64,000 nt of DNA from Lobosporangium transversale. Its lineage: Eukaryota. The DNA lies in contig NW_019029009.1 in assembly GCF_002105155.1 (NCBI RefSeq), forward strand, positions 1 through 64,000. Direction: 5' to 3'. How positions within the stretch are numbered: position 1 is the first letter of the stretch; each line of letters opens with the position of its first letter. Below are positions 25,562-42,199 of this stretch, one piece after another. The notes under the pieces are model-generated. The model saw nothing but the letters and a program-made list of their open reading frames with translations. It ran no database searches and had not been told where the DNA came from. The translations under genes were made by a program, and so were the position numbers.

Positions 25562-27566
25562 AATAAGGTTATATGAATAATTAGTGGTCACAATGATCTG
25601 AAATTGTAATTGCAGAAAATAAATAAGACGCCGCGATGTAAAATGTGTCTACACATGTACAGAAACCAAAGAGATGCTTCAGCTGCTTATTTGTGCACAC
25701 AGTGATTGACGAACAAAAAAGGAAAAAGATTTGCCAAATAAAAAAGCCCGCGATGAAAGAAGGCATGTGCAGACAACAAATAAACACAGCAACTGTTTGC
25801 TCACATATATTTTTTTCACCGTTGTGTCTGTAACTCTTCTAAGCTTTCTGTCTGGCCGTTTAACACAAGGAATCCTCAGGAAAAGAAATACCTCGCTCGC
25901 ATGATTGGTGCCAGGTCTGAAAACACCAATAGTGCAATGCTGTACGTGGAAGATAGAGTCTAGAAACTATACCATTGTTATGCGGACTCACCGAAATCAA
26001 CTTTTGATCACAACTGCTACTCATGCTCTCTTGCCAAGGACTTTAACAGGTATACCAACCCCTTCTTCCTTGCTCTCATAACCGCTCACATCCTTTCGAT
26101 GCATTCTTTCGCCGTTTATATCCACTACATCTGAACCACACAGTTCACCACTCACTCCAACAGAGATATTTGTATCATCTTGGGTATGATATGTTGCTGT
26201 GGTTCCCTCTGGTTCCCTCTGGTTTCAACAGGCCCAACAAACTCTATTAGCAGTGTTTACCAACCCAGATATATCAAGAAGACGAGGAAGCAAATGATGT
26301 GACAAATCAAGTCTTGCCGAGCAAGCTCTATGATGCGGTAGAATGAATCAACTCAGATTGCCCTCCTTTCAAGTCGATACTATGGCGAATATTATCACTT
26401 CTATTACACCAGTCAATAAATAAACAACACAATGGGCCCCCCAAGAGGATGCTAGTGTCATGCGAAAGCCTTCAAGAGTTTTTTATTGGCACAGATAAAG
26501 AAGCCAGGATAGCTCCATGACAGTTTAGTTTTCGGTCATTTATTTCGACATCGAAATAAAATTTCAAGGCAATGCCCATGAATTGCTGGATTTTAAGCCC
26601 ATTTATAATGGCAAATTTGCCAGGTTGACGGTTTAAGGGATAGTGTACAGGAATAGCACAGCAGATTAACCAGGCTTTTGTCAGTACAGACCATTTCTTG
26701 ATAGAAACACACAACGTTATCCAGGTCAAAGAGGACATCGGGTGCATCTAGGGATATGTTCCTCGAGAAATATTTATTCTAAGATTGACCTTGGTAGGTC
26801 CACTAATATCATAGGAACAGGCGGATTGTTGGTTGAAATAAGGGACAACCGATGCTAAAGCGCAAGCACTGATAGAACGAGAGAGGAAGTAGAGGGCCTG
26901 AATGATTTTTACAACAAAAAGGTGGGGATACAGCAATGTCAAAGAGGCGCAGAATAGGCAAAGTCGGTCGAGTTTACAATGATCATCAACACCTTCTCAC
27001 CATCCTTGGTAGTTCTGTTAGAGAGTAAAGAAAGATAAGAACGCCAAAGGGGGATTTGATTCGGACTAGGCTAGGATGTAGTCTGGGTATTTCAAGCACT
27101 GAATGCATACAATAGAAAACTTTTTTATTGCTCTATGAATATTGTGTAGCTTGTGTCGGTCACTCGGATAGGCCGTCGTCGATGTGAAGAAGCCTCTTGA
27201 GTCTCTGAGTACCAGCATCTCGTCGCAGAGGCGACAACACATCGACTGTTTTGCACTCTGGGCTAAGGATTCCACCATTGCGATGTAATGTTAGGCCGCA
27301 GCATCTGTAATGTTGCCTAGGGTCTGCATGAGCAAAAGTGACAATCGACTTTAGACTCATCGACATGAATGAGATTTGATGCGAGCCCAAGAATAATTAG
27401 TTACGCGCAAAAAATGTGAGTGGCTGTGGTTTTTCAGACCACGTCAAAATGAAATGTGAATTCATGTGCCTTCTGTCATTCCTTTTTTTACTCCCTCACT
27501 ACTTGGGTCAACTATTTCATTATTGTACAAGCATCCTCAGACAATTAACGATTTTGCACATGAACC

Positions 27567-30839
<3,273 letters not shown>

Positions 30840-31790
30840 ACATGTTTAGGCTTCATCGGAAAGAAGAGATCAAATAAAAAATAAAAAAAAATAAATGAAA
30901 GGTTCTGTGATTTCAGTTAATGAATGTTCTGATATTATAAATGTATATATTGCTATATATCAATTGACGCACAACACACAGTGCTCAATTTGTTGGGGCA
31001 TCAATGAAAAAGAATATTAGCAATAAGGTTCAACAGTCACCATCTCCACACGCGCAATGTTTGAATGCTTTCAATAAACATGAACCAAATGAAGGGACAT
31101 GGTGAACATGGTGAAAGCATGCCGCCATCCTTCAAGGCGAACAAAATATAAAACAGTAAGCGGTGATTTTAGCTTACAATGGTCTTGGCAAACATGTAGC
31201 ATTCATCCAAGTAAACTAAGTATATGAAGTATATCAAATGGCCGTTAATCCTCAATGTTACGACCTTTTTTCTTTTCTCCACATCCATTTACTTGGTATG
31301 TATGACAGACTAAAGTAAAAGTGAACAAGTGAAATGAAACACGAGGAGGATGGAATAGATTGCACAGAAACAGATGCTTGGCAAACCCGTTTGCTGTGGC
31401 ACCAAGAACAAGAAACACCTGAAAGAGTGAGACATACAGATGCAGCGGCACGGACGATTTTTTAGTCTATTTAGACCATTAAAAAAGCGATTTTCTTCCC
31501 CACGATTAAAAGACTAAAAAATATAAATCATCTCTTGTACTTTTTTAATCCTTCTGTCGGTTCGGCATACTTAGTTTTTTTTTCTTTCTCATGTCGCTAC
31601 CTCATTTGCTCATTCTTTCATTCTGATCTCTTTATTTTTCTATTCTCCTTCTCTCAGCAACCCCGATATCTTTGTGATAAAAATCTCGCAATCAAAACCA
31701 ACGACGACTATCTTTTTTTATTTTTTATTTTTCCTTCTTCTCCTTCTCCAATTACGGCGGTCGATTAATCTATCGGACTTTTATCACAAA

Positions 31791-34222
31791 ATGCCCCTAT
31801 CCTCATCCTATGTCTCTGTTGACGATGCAGATGTAGACACAATTCCTTCACAGGCTTCCTCCACCTACAGTGCTTCTGATGTCGATACCCCACTCATGAC
31901 AAAATCATCTCTTCCAGCACCCAGAGTATCTAATAGTGGTGGTAGTACAGCATCAACTTTTAACAAAAACTCATCAGCGCTCTCCAAAAAGGAACGGAAG
32001 CCTTCTTCTTTCACACATCGGCATGAGTGGCCTAATGGCAAGAGACCCCGTGGGTTCCGTACACAAGAAGGAAAAGAGGCAGCGGAGAAAAGCAAGAATT
32101 ACAAAAAAGGAGCATCAATTCCACATTTATATGCACCTTGCACTACTTATGAAGGAGTTTTCAAGCATGCCATTATCGGGGCGATCCGTAAGTGGCTGCA
32201 TCTTTTAAGAGCGCATACTGCACCACATTGCGTAATTTTTTTTTTATTCCGGATATTTCATAATAATATAGTTCGACTTGGGGTTATATAGGTTCCGGAG
32301 GCGTCAGCTACGGTATGAAGGCTCTGGTGAACTTTTGTCTTGGCATGTTGAAGGTCATGAAGGGAAAGTATGTATCAAATTATCAAATTCGATTGGACCA
32401 TTTTTTTTCTCGTTTCATTTCCGAAGAATTCGAATGTTTTTCTTTTAATATTGAAATACCGATCTTCTCTTCCCTTTCCCTTCTTGCGTTGTCTAAAAAA
32501 AATTAGAGGGTCATTTGCTCAGATCTTTAAGGATGCTTTCTTTGGTGCGGATGCATTGCGTTTCGGATCCTTCTTTGGCGTGTTCTCTTTCTTGTGGAAG
32601 TTTGTCAACAATGGCTTGAAGCTCCACCGTGGCAAGGATGACCGTATCAATGGTGCCATCGCTGGTAATTAATTGGGATCAACTCGCTTTACAAAAGAAG
32701 TAGATATATATCAAATCTCATTATTTTCGCCACCAATTCTTATCTTTTTTTATTTTGTTATTTATTTATTTTTTTTATTTAAAGGCGCAATTGCTGGTCT
32801 GGCAATTCTAATTGAGAACCATGAACGCAGAGTCACGTTTGCTCAACAAATGCTTATTCGGTAAATTTGTGCTCGGACCAAGTTCATGTATATTGGCGTA
32901 TATTGACCCTATCTATATTTCAATTCGCGCTGACTAATATCTTTTTTTGTTTGTTTGCAGTGCGGGTCAGGGAGTATACAATGCTGGAAAACATCGTGGA
33001 GTCTTTTCCTTCCGTCATGGTGACGCTGTCCTCTTTGCGCTTGCCTGTGGCCAAGTCATGTATGCCTATACTGTAAGTCCTATTTCAGGCAAAAGCCCAT
33101 TGACACCTAAAGTTCGTTCATTGAGATTCAATTACATCTTGTGTAACATGTAAGGTTTAACTGAACGCGAATACACGCGACAATGTCGTGGTAATATTAT
33201 ACGTGCCTACTTTTAGATGCAACCCGAGTCTATTCCTCCAGAGTATCTCAAGTTCATGCTCAATACAGCCAGAGTACCAGCAGAGGCGTTAGCGTTCAAC
33301 CGTGCACGTGTCCGTGGATTTCCAGTAGATGTGAGCCAAGTGGCGGCTCTGGTTCGGCGTCATAAACCAACACCCAAGGCTTTGGAGACAGTGTCAAAAT
33401 TGGATGCATTCACAGATATGATCCCATGTGCAGTCTTGCATCCTTCGTATGATTCGTGCACATACAATAACGCAGAAAGATTTGTGCAAGTCACCAAGAA
33501 CATTTTGCCAGTCTATGCCACACTCAACTTTGTTCCATTGTTAGTCCTCAGGATGAAGAGACTTTTGGCAAAGTAAGGACGACATTCATATTTATCTGAT
33601 TCGACTAAAAGATCCCATTCTTTTGGATATGAAACCATTGGCATGTTGCTAAGAAGTTTTTTTTTTTTTTTATTTTTTTTTTATTGTCTAAATATCTTAT
33701 TATTATCAGTCCCGTCAGCGTTCTCTCCAGAACATCATTCAATACGCTCCGCTCATCCATTTTCTTAGCAGTCTTTGTAGTCGTGTATCAGTCTCAGATC
33801 TGTGCACAGCGCAACCTAGTAAAGCATGGATGGTTGAAGGGCAATAACAAATACCTGTATTGGCTCTTTGGCGTGACCTGTTCTGGATCTGCCATCATGG
33901 TAGAGCAGGAGAGTCGCCGTGCTGAACTGGCCATGTATGTGTTGCCCAAGGCAGCTGAGAGCCTATACAAGATTTTGTATCAAAAGAACTGGGTCAAGGG
34001 TGTAAAGCATTGGGAAGTTATGATGTTCTCCTTTGCAATGTCCTTAATTATGGTAAGCATCGATACAAAAAAAAAAAAAAAAAAAAAAAAAAAATGATGA
34101 ATGGAGATTAAGCTAATCGTTTTGTCGTCGCTTTTGTTTAATAGTCTTTTTATCAACAAGAGGAACAAGTACTCTCTCCTTTCGTCACCAAGCTGATTTA
34201 CCATATCCTTGGAACTCATTAA
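31791..34222 (+). CDS. TMEM135-like (Tim17/PMP24 superfamily) membrane protein, multi-exon
   Basis: 'ALRFGSFFG', 'NGAIAGAIAG', 'VLFALACGQVMYAY', 'IPCAVLHPSYDSC', 'EQESRRAELAMYVLPKA'. Confidence 0.8.
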
Positions 34223-34477
34223 AAAGCAAAGAATGAATTATAGTTCTGCCTTATGAAACCTATATCTTCACTCTCTTCAACAACCCACTTCCCTATGACA
34301 CACATGACATATACTTTCCGACCTCCATATACCAAAAAAAAAAAAAAAAAAAAAAAAAAAGAAAAAAAGTAGATCACGAAAAATAAAACAGTTAAAGACC
34401 GCACAAGCAGTTTTCAAGTCAAATTTGGTTAATATTCTTTATTACTTCAAAGAGGAAAAGTTTTTTTTTTTATTTCT

Positions 34478-37400
34478 TCATTTGGGTACTTGTGGAGTGT
34501 TTCGTCGCCGCTCGCTTCGACGCAGAAGATATGATGGAATCGATCTCACCTCTGCCGTAAGAGCCGCATCGGTGGAACCATTTGATTCAGTCGTTTGTGT
34601 GACGGTATTTGTCGCTGTTACCGCTATAGTAGTAGTAGGCGTAGTAGTAGTTGGAATAGTAGTAGTAGAAGGCCCACCTTCAAACCTATCATGGTACTCA
34701 TGAGCCTTGGGGTTGCTTTCGATTGGCATAGCGGTACTTGGTAAGGATGTCCTAGATGTATCAGCGAGGCCATCACGAGGTAAGCCTGTAGTGATGGTGG
34801 TCGTGTTTTGAAGTTTGAAAGCCGCTTCAATGTTGAAACGTCGATGATCCTGATTATTGTCATCAACCGTATCAGATGGCTCTTGAGTCTGTTCACGATG
34901 TGCTGTCAACCTATGGGAATCCGAAGCCGCTGTAGCGAATAAAAATGGAGCTATGGGGTGAAGCTTCGGGTATCCATGATCATGATGGTATTCCGCTCTA
35001 TCGTCATCCTCCTCTCGCAAAAGCGCGAGCAAAGGGGCCTGTTGTTTTTCCCTTTCTTCTTTTTGTTTCGGTTGCTCCTCCGCGGCTGCGATCGGCAGCG
35101 CCGTTATCAGTGGGGAATTGTTATTCTGTAGTGGTGATGAAAAAAGGCTGTCTTGTACAACCAAAGACTCAGATACATTTGCGGTCGATTCTGCCGCGAG
35201 TGGAGGGGATGTTGATGAAGAAAGTATGTCTCCAGAGTTAATATTGGACCCACTACCTCCGTGAATGGCACTATTGTTCCCGAGGATCTCTGTACAAGGC
35301 TGTATAGTGGTAGTAGCCGGAAAGTGCTCTGCTGGCACTGCTGCTACAGCTGCCAACGATGGCGACAACTGGTGTGGAGGTGCGTTCTCCACTTCAATTT
35401 CTTCTTCGTCCTCTTTTGAGATTTCAAGGAATGCATCCATGATATCTGCTTTATCTGATTGAGGCTGAGGTTTCGGCTGTGAATGAGAAGCATGCTGAAA
35501 GGCGCGTTGCAGGTGTTGTTGTTGATGCTGGCTGGAATAGAGGTAATGATCATGTGTTTGTGGGGCTAGTGGTGGTAGAAGAGGATGTTGATTTTGAAAA
35601 TTTCCACTATAATGTTGAGTTGAAGGATCTTCTTGTTGATTGAAATAGAAATCTTTGAGTTGTTGAGGATTTCCTTGCTGTCGGATGCGTCTCTGATACA
35701 GATGCTGGCGAAGTTGTTCGCTCGCAAATCGATGTGTCTGAACTGAATGTTGTGTATGAAGTGGATAACGTGTCCCGAACTGTTGATAAGGCTGATAGGG
35801 TTGATAGGGCTGGCATGTTTGTTGTTGCAGCTGATAGGGGCTATATATCGATCGGGTGTATCGCTGTTGATTTGGCAATGGCTGAAACTGTTGCCCTTGA
35901 CTTGTTGGGCTCTGTGGGAAGCCTAAAGATGATGAGGAGTATGGCTGTTGATGTGCTTGTAGCCGTCTTCCGACTGATGCTTGTTCCCGCTGATGTTGAT
36001 GGTAATGATGTGAGGATGCCCCCATAGCTGTTATCGGTATCATCGAACCTGCTTCCAGAATGCGTGAATGTAGCCCACCTGGACCAGAAGGAAGCGAAAG
36101 CGATTGAGGTGCATCAAGTGATGAATCTTTTGTTGCTGAAGATGTGGCGCCAGTGTCGACTTCGCAAACCTGCTGTTGTTCTTGTGAATGAGCGGCTATA
36201 TACTGCCATAAACCGCCCCCTGTGGCACCTGCGGAGCTCAAGCTCTCATTGCTTTTCCATGCAGTGGCTGTCAGACCCGATGATAAGGTAGATGAAGGCG
36301 TGCTATTAGGGAGCTCATGCGCCATATCCATAGAGGACTGGGCTATGAACGCATCTCCAGGGCCGTAGGGTATTGCAGTTGAATAATGGGGTGCTGTAAT
36401 GTGATTCGGATCTGCATTCGACGATCGATCACGGCTGCGCATACGATGAATAGTTGATCTTGCACCAGATATTTGGTTCGAAGAGCTATCTTGACGGGTA
36501 GAGTCAAAGTTGCTCATGGATTTCATGGCACGGCCTTTGGAACGACCGCTACGGGCACGTGGCACAGCTACTCCATCTGAAACAGCGTTACCTTCTGACA
36601 CTTCCGTCCACTGTCGTGATATCAATGCTCTATCATCACTGTCATTCTCTCTGCCTCTCCCTGACACAGCCAACTGCCCTCGACGAGATTGCTGTTGTTG
36701 ATGTCGCTTGGCCATTGTACTGCACGCATTACACAACGCTTCCTTGTTAGCACCTTTCCTCCAGATCGCAGACGAAGTTGTCCCGCAGTGAGCACAGGGG
36801 GCATGACTTGCAGGAGTGCGAACAATTTTGATGTGCCCATCTTTAGTCTTTTGGAAAGGCCGAGCTCTACCATGTAACTTTTGGAATAAACCGCAAGCGT
36901 TGCATAATAAGAATCGGCCTTGTGAGCAGCGTCGCCAGCTGGGAGTAGTAGTTGTATGACAATTGGTACAATGCTTTGGATCCGGGTCATGGGCACTGTC
37001 ATGTTGGTCAGAACCAGCTGGATGGGATGACACATTAATTTCTGTACTGCTTCTAATGTTGGAAGTTGTTTCACTAGTACTATATTGATCAGTGTTTTGA
37101 ATAGTCAATTGAGCTTCTGGGCCAGAATCGAAGTCAAGGACCAGCAGTTGGTCGTTGAGTCCTTTCATCGATGCCGTTTTCTGAGTCTCAGACATATCTG
37201 TAGCAATAGCTGAGATATGCTGTGAAAAATCGTCGTCTTTGCTCTCAGTGAAAAAAGTTTCATACCTTGACGGTGCCTGGGCTTGTTCATCATATTCACG
37301 ATACCTTGCGTCACTACTGCAACTACTACTACTGCCGACACCATTATTACTGTTATGGTAGCCACCACTTTCATTGCTACTCATCCCAAGTGTGGTGGAG

Positions 37401-38854
37401 GGCCCCGTAACCAACAGGCTATGTTGGCCAGAGCCATGGACAGTAGAGAAAGGAGCTACAGACCCAGATCCAAACATAAAGTCCATAAAGTTTGAATATT
37501 GCTGCATCGAGGATGGTGTTGAGGAGGGGTAGGGAGAAGAGCAGGCTTGCGGGTCCACCCATTTGGGCACCTCAGCATAGCCGCCCAAGTTATTGTTTGA
37601 GAAGTGAATAGTCAAGTCCCGAAGCCTTGGTAAGCACATTGGTGAATCTGCTGTTAAAAAAGGTTGCTGATGAGCTTGGTATTGCGGAGACGAAGGGAAG
37701 TCGGTATTAGACAGCTGATGAAAATGAGGCTGCTGTTGTACTTGGCGATGTTGGTATTGGCTATAACGGCTACAGGATGAATTTGAGCCATGACCGCCGT
37801 TACTGCCATTATTCATGGTGAGTTGGCGAATAGAAGCCTCGGTTGGGCCCCAGTAAGAGGCACTCGTGGTCATCAAGTCAGAAGACATACTTTCGTTCAA
37901 GGCTTGGAATGGCAACTCTTCAATCCCTGCTTGATTATGCTCTCCAGTTGTTAAGGATGTGACAGCATCTTGGGCTCTTTGGCCAGGGCTTACTGGCTGC
38001 TCCTGTACATTGCTTTCGCTATCGGATTGCCCTCCTTCCAATTGCAATGGTGAGGGTGAAGGGCCTACATCCCGTTGAGGAACAACTCCGAGTCTAGAAG
38101 ATAGGCCAGTTATAGCTGGATAGCCCATGCGATAGGGGTATTTGCTTGAAACCTCACAGGCAGGGGAATACGCGGAGGGGGCCGCAGATACAGCCAATAG
38201 ATCCGCTGGGGCGCCACCAATTTCAGTTCTACTGGGGCTTGCACTTGATATCAACTCCGGAGTTGCAAGGTTTGTTGGCTGACTTTGAGGGACAGGGAGG
38301 AAATCCCACGTTGTATCGGCACGTAAAATGTAAGCTGTTTGAATAGATGTGGGAGGTGTGCACTGGGTTTGGTTGCTGTTTACAGAAAGCTGACGTTCCG
38401 TCAACGGCCTGATTTTTGAATGCGCAGGGTATGCGTCATGGATACCCTGACTTGGCGTGAAGTCATTATCGTCATCCACATCAGGATCCAAATCTGGGCA
38501 AGGGACAAACCCTAATGATGCCGTGGAGCCAAGGGATTGGGGCTGGCACTGCGGCGAGATACGTGGTGTTGGTGATACCGAAAAGTGTGTGGAAGGCGGC
38601 ACACTGCGGCGCTTCCTTTCTCGCTCTTCCGCAAGCCCATCTTGGCCTTCTTGAGCTCTCTTACTATTTGTCGAGCCGCCCTCGCTGCTGTGGTTGGCCC
38701 TTTGAAGGTTTTGTTGTGCAATGTCGTGGATGGATCCATCAAACGGCTCTTCCAACAGCCGATTGCTTTTCTTTACATCTCTTCTCGGACTATACGTAAG
38801 ATCAGGTATTCCTTCCGATGACTGCAACAAGTATTTTGATGGATCATTTTCCAT
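34478..38854 (-). CDS. Large low-complexity GATA zinc-finger transcription factor with two fingers
   Basis: CTNC-X18-CNAC and CAHC-X17-CNAC in a long ORF. The first ATG is at 38854; the frame is open to ~38960, so an upstream exon is possible. Confidence 0.85.
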   Translation of the reverse strand: MENDPSKYLLQSSEGIPDLTYSPRRDVKKSNRLLEEPFDGSIHDIAQQNLQRANHSSEGGSTNSKRAQEGQDGLAEERERKRRSVPPSTHFSVSPTPRISPQCQPQSLGSTASLGFVPCPDLDPDVDDDNDFTPSQGIHDAYPAHSKIRPLTERQLSVNSNQTQCTPPTSIQTAYILRADTTWDFLPVPQSQPTNLATPELISSASPSRTEIGGAPADLLAVSAAPSAYSPACEVSSKYPYRMGYPAITGLSSRLGVVPQRDVGPSPSPLQLEGGQSDSESNVQEQPVSPGQRAQDAVTSLTTGEHNQAGIEELPFQALNESMSSDLMTTSASYWGPTEASIRQLTMNNGSNGGHGSNSSCSRYSQYQHRQVQQQPHFHQLSNTDFPSSPQYQAHQQPFLTADSPMCLPRLRDLTIHFSNNNLGGYAEVPKWVDPQACSSPYPSSTPSSMQQYSNFMDFMFGSGSVAPFSTVHGSGQHSLLVTGPSTTLGMSSNESGGYHNSNNGVGSSSSCSSDARYREYDEQAQAPSRYETFFTESKDDDFSQHISAIATDMSETQKTASMKGLNDQLLVLDFDSGPEAQLTIQNTDQYSTSETTSNIRSSTEINVSSHPAGSDQHDSAHDPDPKHCTNCHTTTTPSWRRCSQGRFLLCNACGLFQKLHGRARPFQKTKDGHIKIVRTPASHAPCAHCGTTSSAIWRKGANKEALCNACSTMAKRHQQQQSRRGQLAVSGRGRENDSDDRALISRQWTEVSEGNAVSDGVAVPRARSGRSKGRAMKSMSNFDSTRQDSSSNQISGARSTIHRMRSRDRSSNADPNHITAPHYSTAIPYGPGDAFIAQSSMDMAHELPNSTPSSTLSSGLTATAWKSNESLSSAGATGGGLWQYIAAHSQEQQQVCEVDTGATSSATKDSSLDAPQSLSLPSGPGGLHSRILEAGSMIPITAMGASSHHYHQHQREQASVGRRLQAHQQPYSSSSLGFPQSPTSQGQQFQPLPNQQRYTRSIYSPYQLQQQTCQPYQPYQPYQQFGTRYPLHTQHSVQTHRFASEQLRQHLYQRRIRQQGNPQQLKDFYFNQQEDPSTQHYSGNFQNQHPLLPPLAPQTHDHYLYSSQHQQQHLQRAFQHASHSQPKPQPQSDKADIMDAFLEISKEDEEEIEVENAPPHQLSPSLAAVAAVPAEHFPATTTIQPCTEILGNNSAIHGGSGSNINSGDILSSSTSPPLAAESTANVSESLVVQDSLFSSPLQNNNSPLITALPIAAAEEQPKQKEEREKQQAPLLALLREEDDDRAEYHHDHGYPKLHPIAPFLFATAASDSHRLTAHREQTQEPSDTVDDNNQDHRRFNIEAAFKLQNTTTITTGLPRDGLADTSRTSLPSTAMPIESNPKAHEYHDRFEGGPSTTTIPTTTTPTTTIAVTATNTVTQTTESNGSTDAALTAEVRSIPSYLLRRSERRRNTPQVPK

Positions 38855-39471
38855 GCTTGCTTGTTGTGCTTGTTTAAGTTGTATATGCCTTTGATGAGAA
38901 AGAGTTAGGCTGCGGCTTGCGGTAAAGAGGGGACGCAACGTGTAGTAGATGGCTATCCAGAGCTATTAACAAACAATAGGATCAACAGTGGTCACTATGA
39001 AGAAAGGAAATGAAAGGATTGGAAGAGGTGATCAATAGTACATCCATGAGTAAAAGCATGGATAGACAAGCACTATCAACTATCAAAGGGCTCCAAATCA
39101 CAGCCTTCGGATCTTCAGGGTCTTGGTCACACAAACATTTAATAGCATAGAGGGACATGATAGACGATTACTGCCATCAACTACGACCAAGCAGTTGATT
39201 CTGGGAATGATTGTTTTATAATATGATAATCAAAAGAGAGACAAAGAGACACGGGGACAACTTACATATGTTGAGAACTGTACTAAACAAGTAAGCAAGC
39301 TTAGGAAGGCGTCGCACGCTTATACTTTGATTTCCTTGTTGAAAGTCGAGTCAAGAATAGTTTCTTGGAAGGAAAAAATAAAATAAAATAAAATAAAAAG
39401 GTGGGGATTGTTCGCCATTTATGAGGAGCCGGAGACCTAATCAATATTTAATACTCTTTACTATTCTGCCT

Positions 39472-39502
<31 letters not shown>

Positions 39503-39951
39503 GACACCTTGGGCATACACCCTGAAGAGTGTCAACCCAAAATGACACCCTTATTAACCCAGTGAAAATATACCTTCTACTCCTAAGATTTCTAAATGAG
39601 CATACCCACATGCTCACCAGCCCACGATAAAGCTCCCTTCACTCTCTCCACTCCATTGCCTCACTACCTAAGCACGGATGGTAGTTGTTTTATTTGAATT
39701 CAGTGCGTACATTCTGTCATCCGACAAGATCAATCACAGAGGGCGAGAAACTGATATTTCGGAAGGAAGCGGTATAAATAGTAATATGTCTAATGATCAT
39801 CAGTCGGACCGATCCCATCAGTGAGGAGGTTATTACATGATGAGACGAAATGATACTGTGGAAAGCGCTAGTTGGGATACAGAAAAGGACGCGTTCATCA
39901 TGAGCATGGAGGACTTTTATTATCATTTTATGAAGTATGGAGAAATGTTTT

Positions 39952-42168
39952 TTATTCATGATAAACCCATGTGGTCGGGTTGCTAGTGGCGCGAAGCCGG
40001 CTCAGCTCAGAATTAGTCCTATTCCCACCCCACGAAAGCTCTTCGTGCGCCAAGAATTGAATCGTTGAAAGACAAAGTTTTTGCCACTTTCCCATGTCCT
40101 TGTCCGATCCCACCGACACGAAGGATTGATCATTATTGCTGTTACTGTTGCTGGAGTTTGTCTTCTGCTGGTTACTCCCTGGCTGCTGCAAGTCAATTGA
40201 ATCATGCTTCCACTCCCCATCTCGCCAAACGCCTTTGACCCATGGGCTACCCTGTCTTAATAACGACATGATCGTAGGAGGCGCGTCAACGGATTGTTCG
40301 TTGGCCAAGAAGAGCCCACATGCCATGTGACATAAAGCCAGGAGCTCTTGCCTGGTCAAGTTATCCTGGCGAGCCGTCTCTTCAACCCGATATCTCCTTT
40401 GCTCCAGCTCTCGCTCTTCCTCTTCTCGCCTTGAACCCCTTCTATTTTGTTGTTGTTCTTGCTGTTGTCGTTGATACCCATACAACCTATCACAGAGATG
40501 CAGTTTTTTAGTGGGCCCTGTGTACTGGATGCTTCGTCGTGGAGTAGAGGGGGTCGTGGCGAGACTGCGCTCATCTTGAGTAAAAACGAGTCCGCTGAAG
40601 GCACTACTCCAAGAGCCCTTTTGCGATACAGCCTGCACCTTCCGAACGATTCGACGAAGCTGCGTGCGGATAGAATACGATACAATACTGGAGGGGTACT
40701 GCGTTGTAAAGATTAGGGAGTGAGCCTTGCAGCAAAATGGGTATACTGCACTTAAATCAGATGGCAGCGAGTTATTCTCCCTGAGCAATGTTGATTCCTG
40801 ACAGCAAACAGCATTGGATGTTAGATAACTCCCGGCCTCTATCGTATCAGTGGAGCTTTGCTGGCTGTTGAGCACGTGATCGATATGCCTGTCCTGAATG
40901 CGATTGTAAAGAGAGATCAGATCACTTAGACAACGATACCACAACATCATTTGGAAATAGTTGTGAAGCCTCCGTGGTGGTGCTATCGTTAATGATTTTG
41001 TACCGCCTGTCAATGCCCTTTGCGTCGGCGAAAGCTCATGCCCTTCGCCGTCGTACAGAACCGGTGTGAATATGGTCAGATATGGGCCTGTGTAAACAGT
41101 ATGCTGGGATAGGAAAGCTGTATGGAAGGTTGGGTTCTGAGGTGTTTGAGTATTGACAGCTTTCGAGAAGGTTTCGTCAATACTAGCAGAGACGTAGCGC
41201 GCACAGTTAATGATGGCCCGACGATGGTTAAGCTGCACAATGTTGGGGTCAAATATCAAATCAACCATAGTCTCGAATCGGTCCATTGGAATTGTTTCCA
41301 GATCCCCTTTTAATGAAGGAATATCAACAGCTGAGAAGCGATGTGAAATTAGAGAAGCGGATGGCGCATGGTGTACTCCTTGATAACTTGTAGGTGCTGC
41401 GCTTGACTGTGCCCCAACTGACGTCGCCGCCTCTTGTGATGGCGAATGTAATCCTGTGAATGATGACCATGTTCCTGAAATCGAGCTAGGCTCTTGTGTG
41501 TCGCTTTGGGTGCTATCTGAGAGACTCACCGGGGACGTCGACAAGAAGGATGACGTGGAGCCAGAGGAAGGTGATGAGGAGAGTGACTCGACACTAAATC
41601 TTTCCATCTCCCGATTTATTTGGGTACACACCTCTTGCTTTGCCGGAGAGCTTTCGGACTTTGGCTCATATTTCGTATCTGCTGTGATGGCCGCAACCAA
41701 GAGTCGAGCTTGGGCTAGCCAATACGAACTACGGGTCAATGCTTTGCCTGGGGTTTTAGATCGCGTCGAGAATGACATCCTCAATGACGATGACGAAGGC
41801 CGCCTGGCTGCACCAAATGTCATACGCTCATAAAACGTATACTGTCTCTGAGCCTGTAGCTCTGGGTCTGTCTCTGAATTTTCCTGGTGAAGGATCCTGA
41901 CTGCCTCATATTTAAGTCGTTGTACCTTACTCATGAAACCAACTACCTCCATTTGCATGGCGCGGGATACTTGACATAGTCTCCATAAATCCACTGGACT
42001 AAGGAACTCCAGTAAATACACAAAGATATCGGAGGGCAAACTGAGAGGCGAAAAGCAACACGCGTAATAAGGTATAGAGTTGTTTTTCTTGCTGTGGCTA
42101 TGGCGTTTAGATCGCACTAGTGCTTTTGTTACAGAGCTTCGTGAAGGCAACGAAGATAAGGATGATCT

Positions 42169-42199
<31 letters not shown>

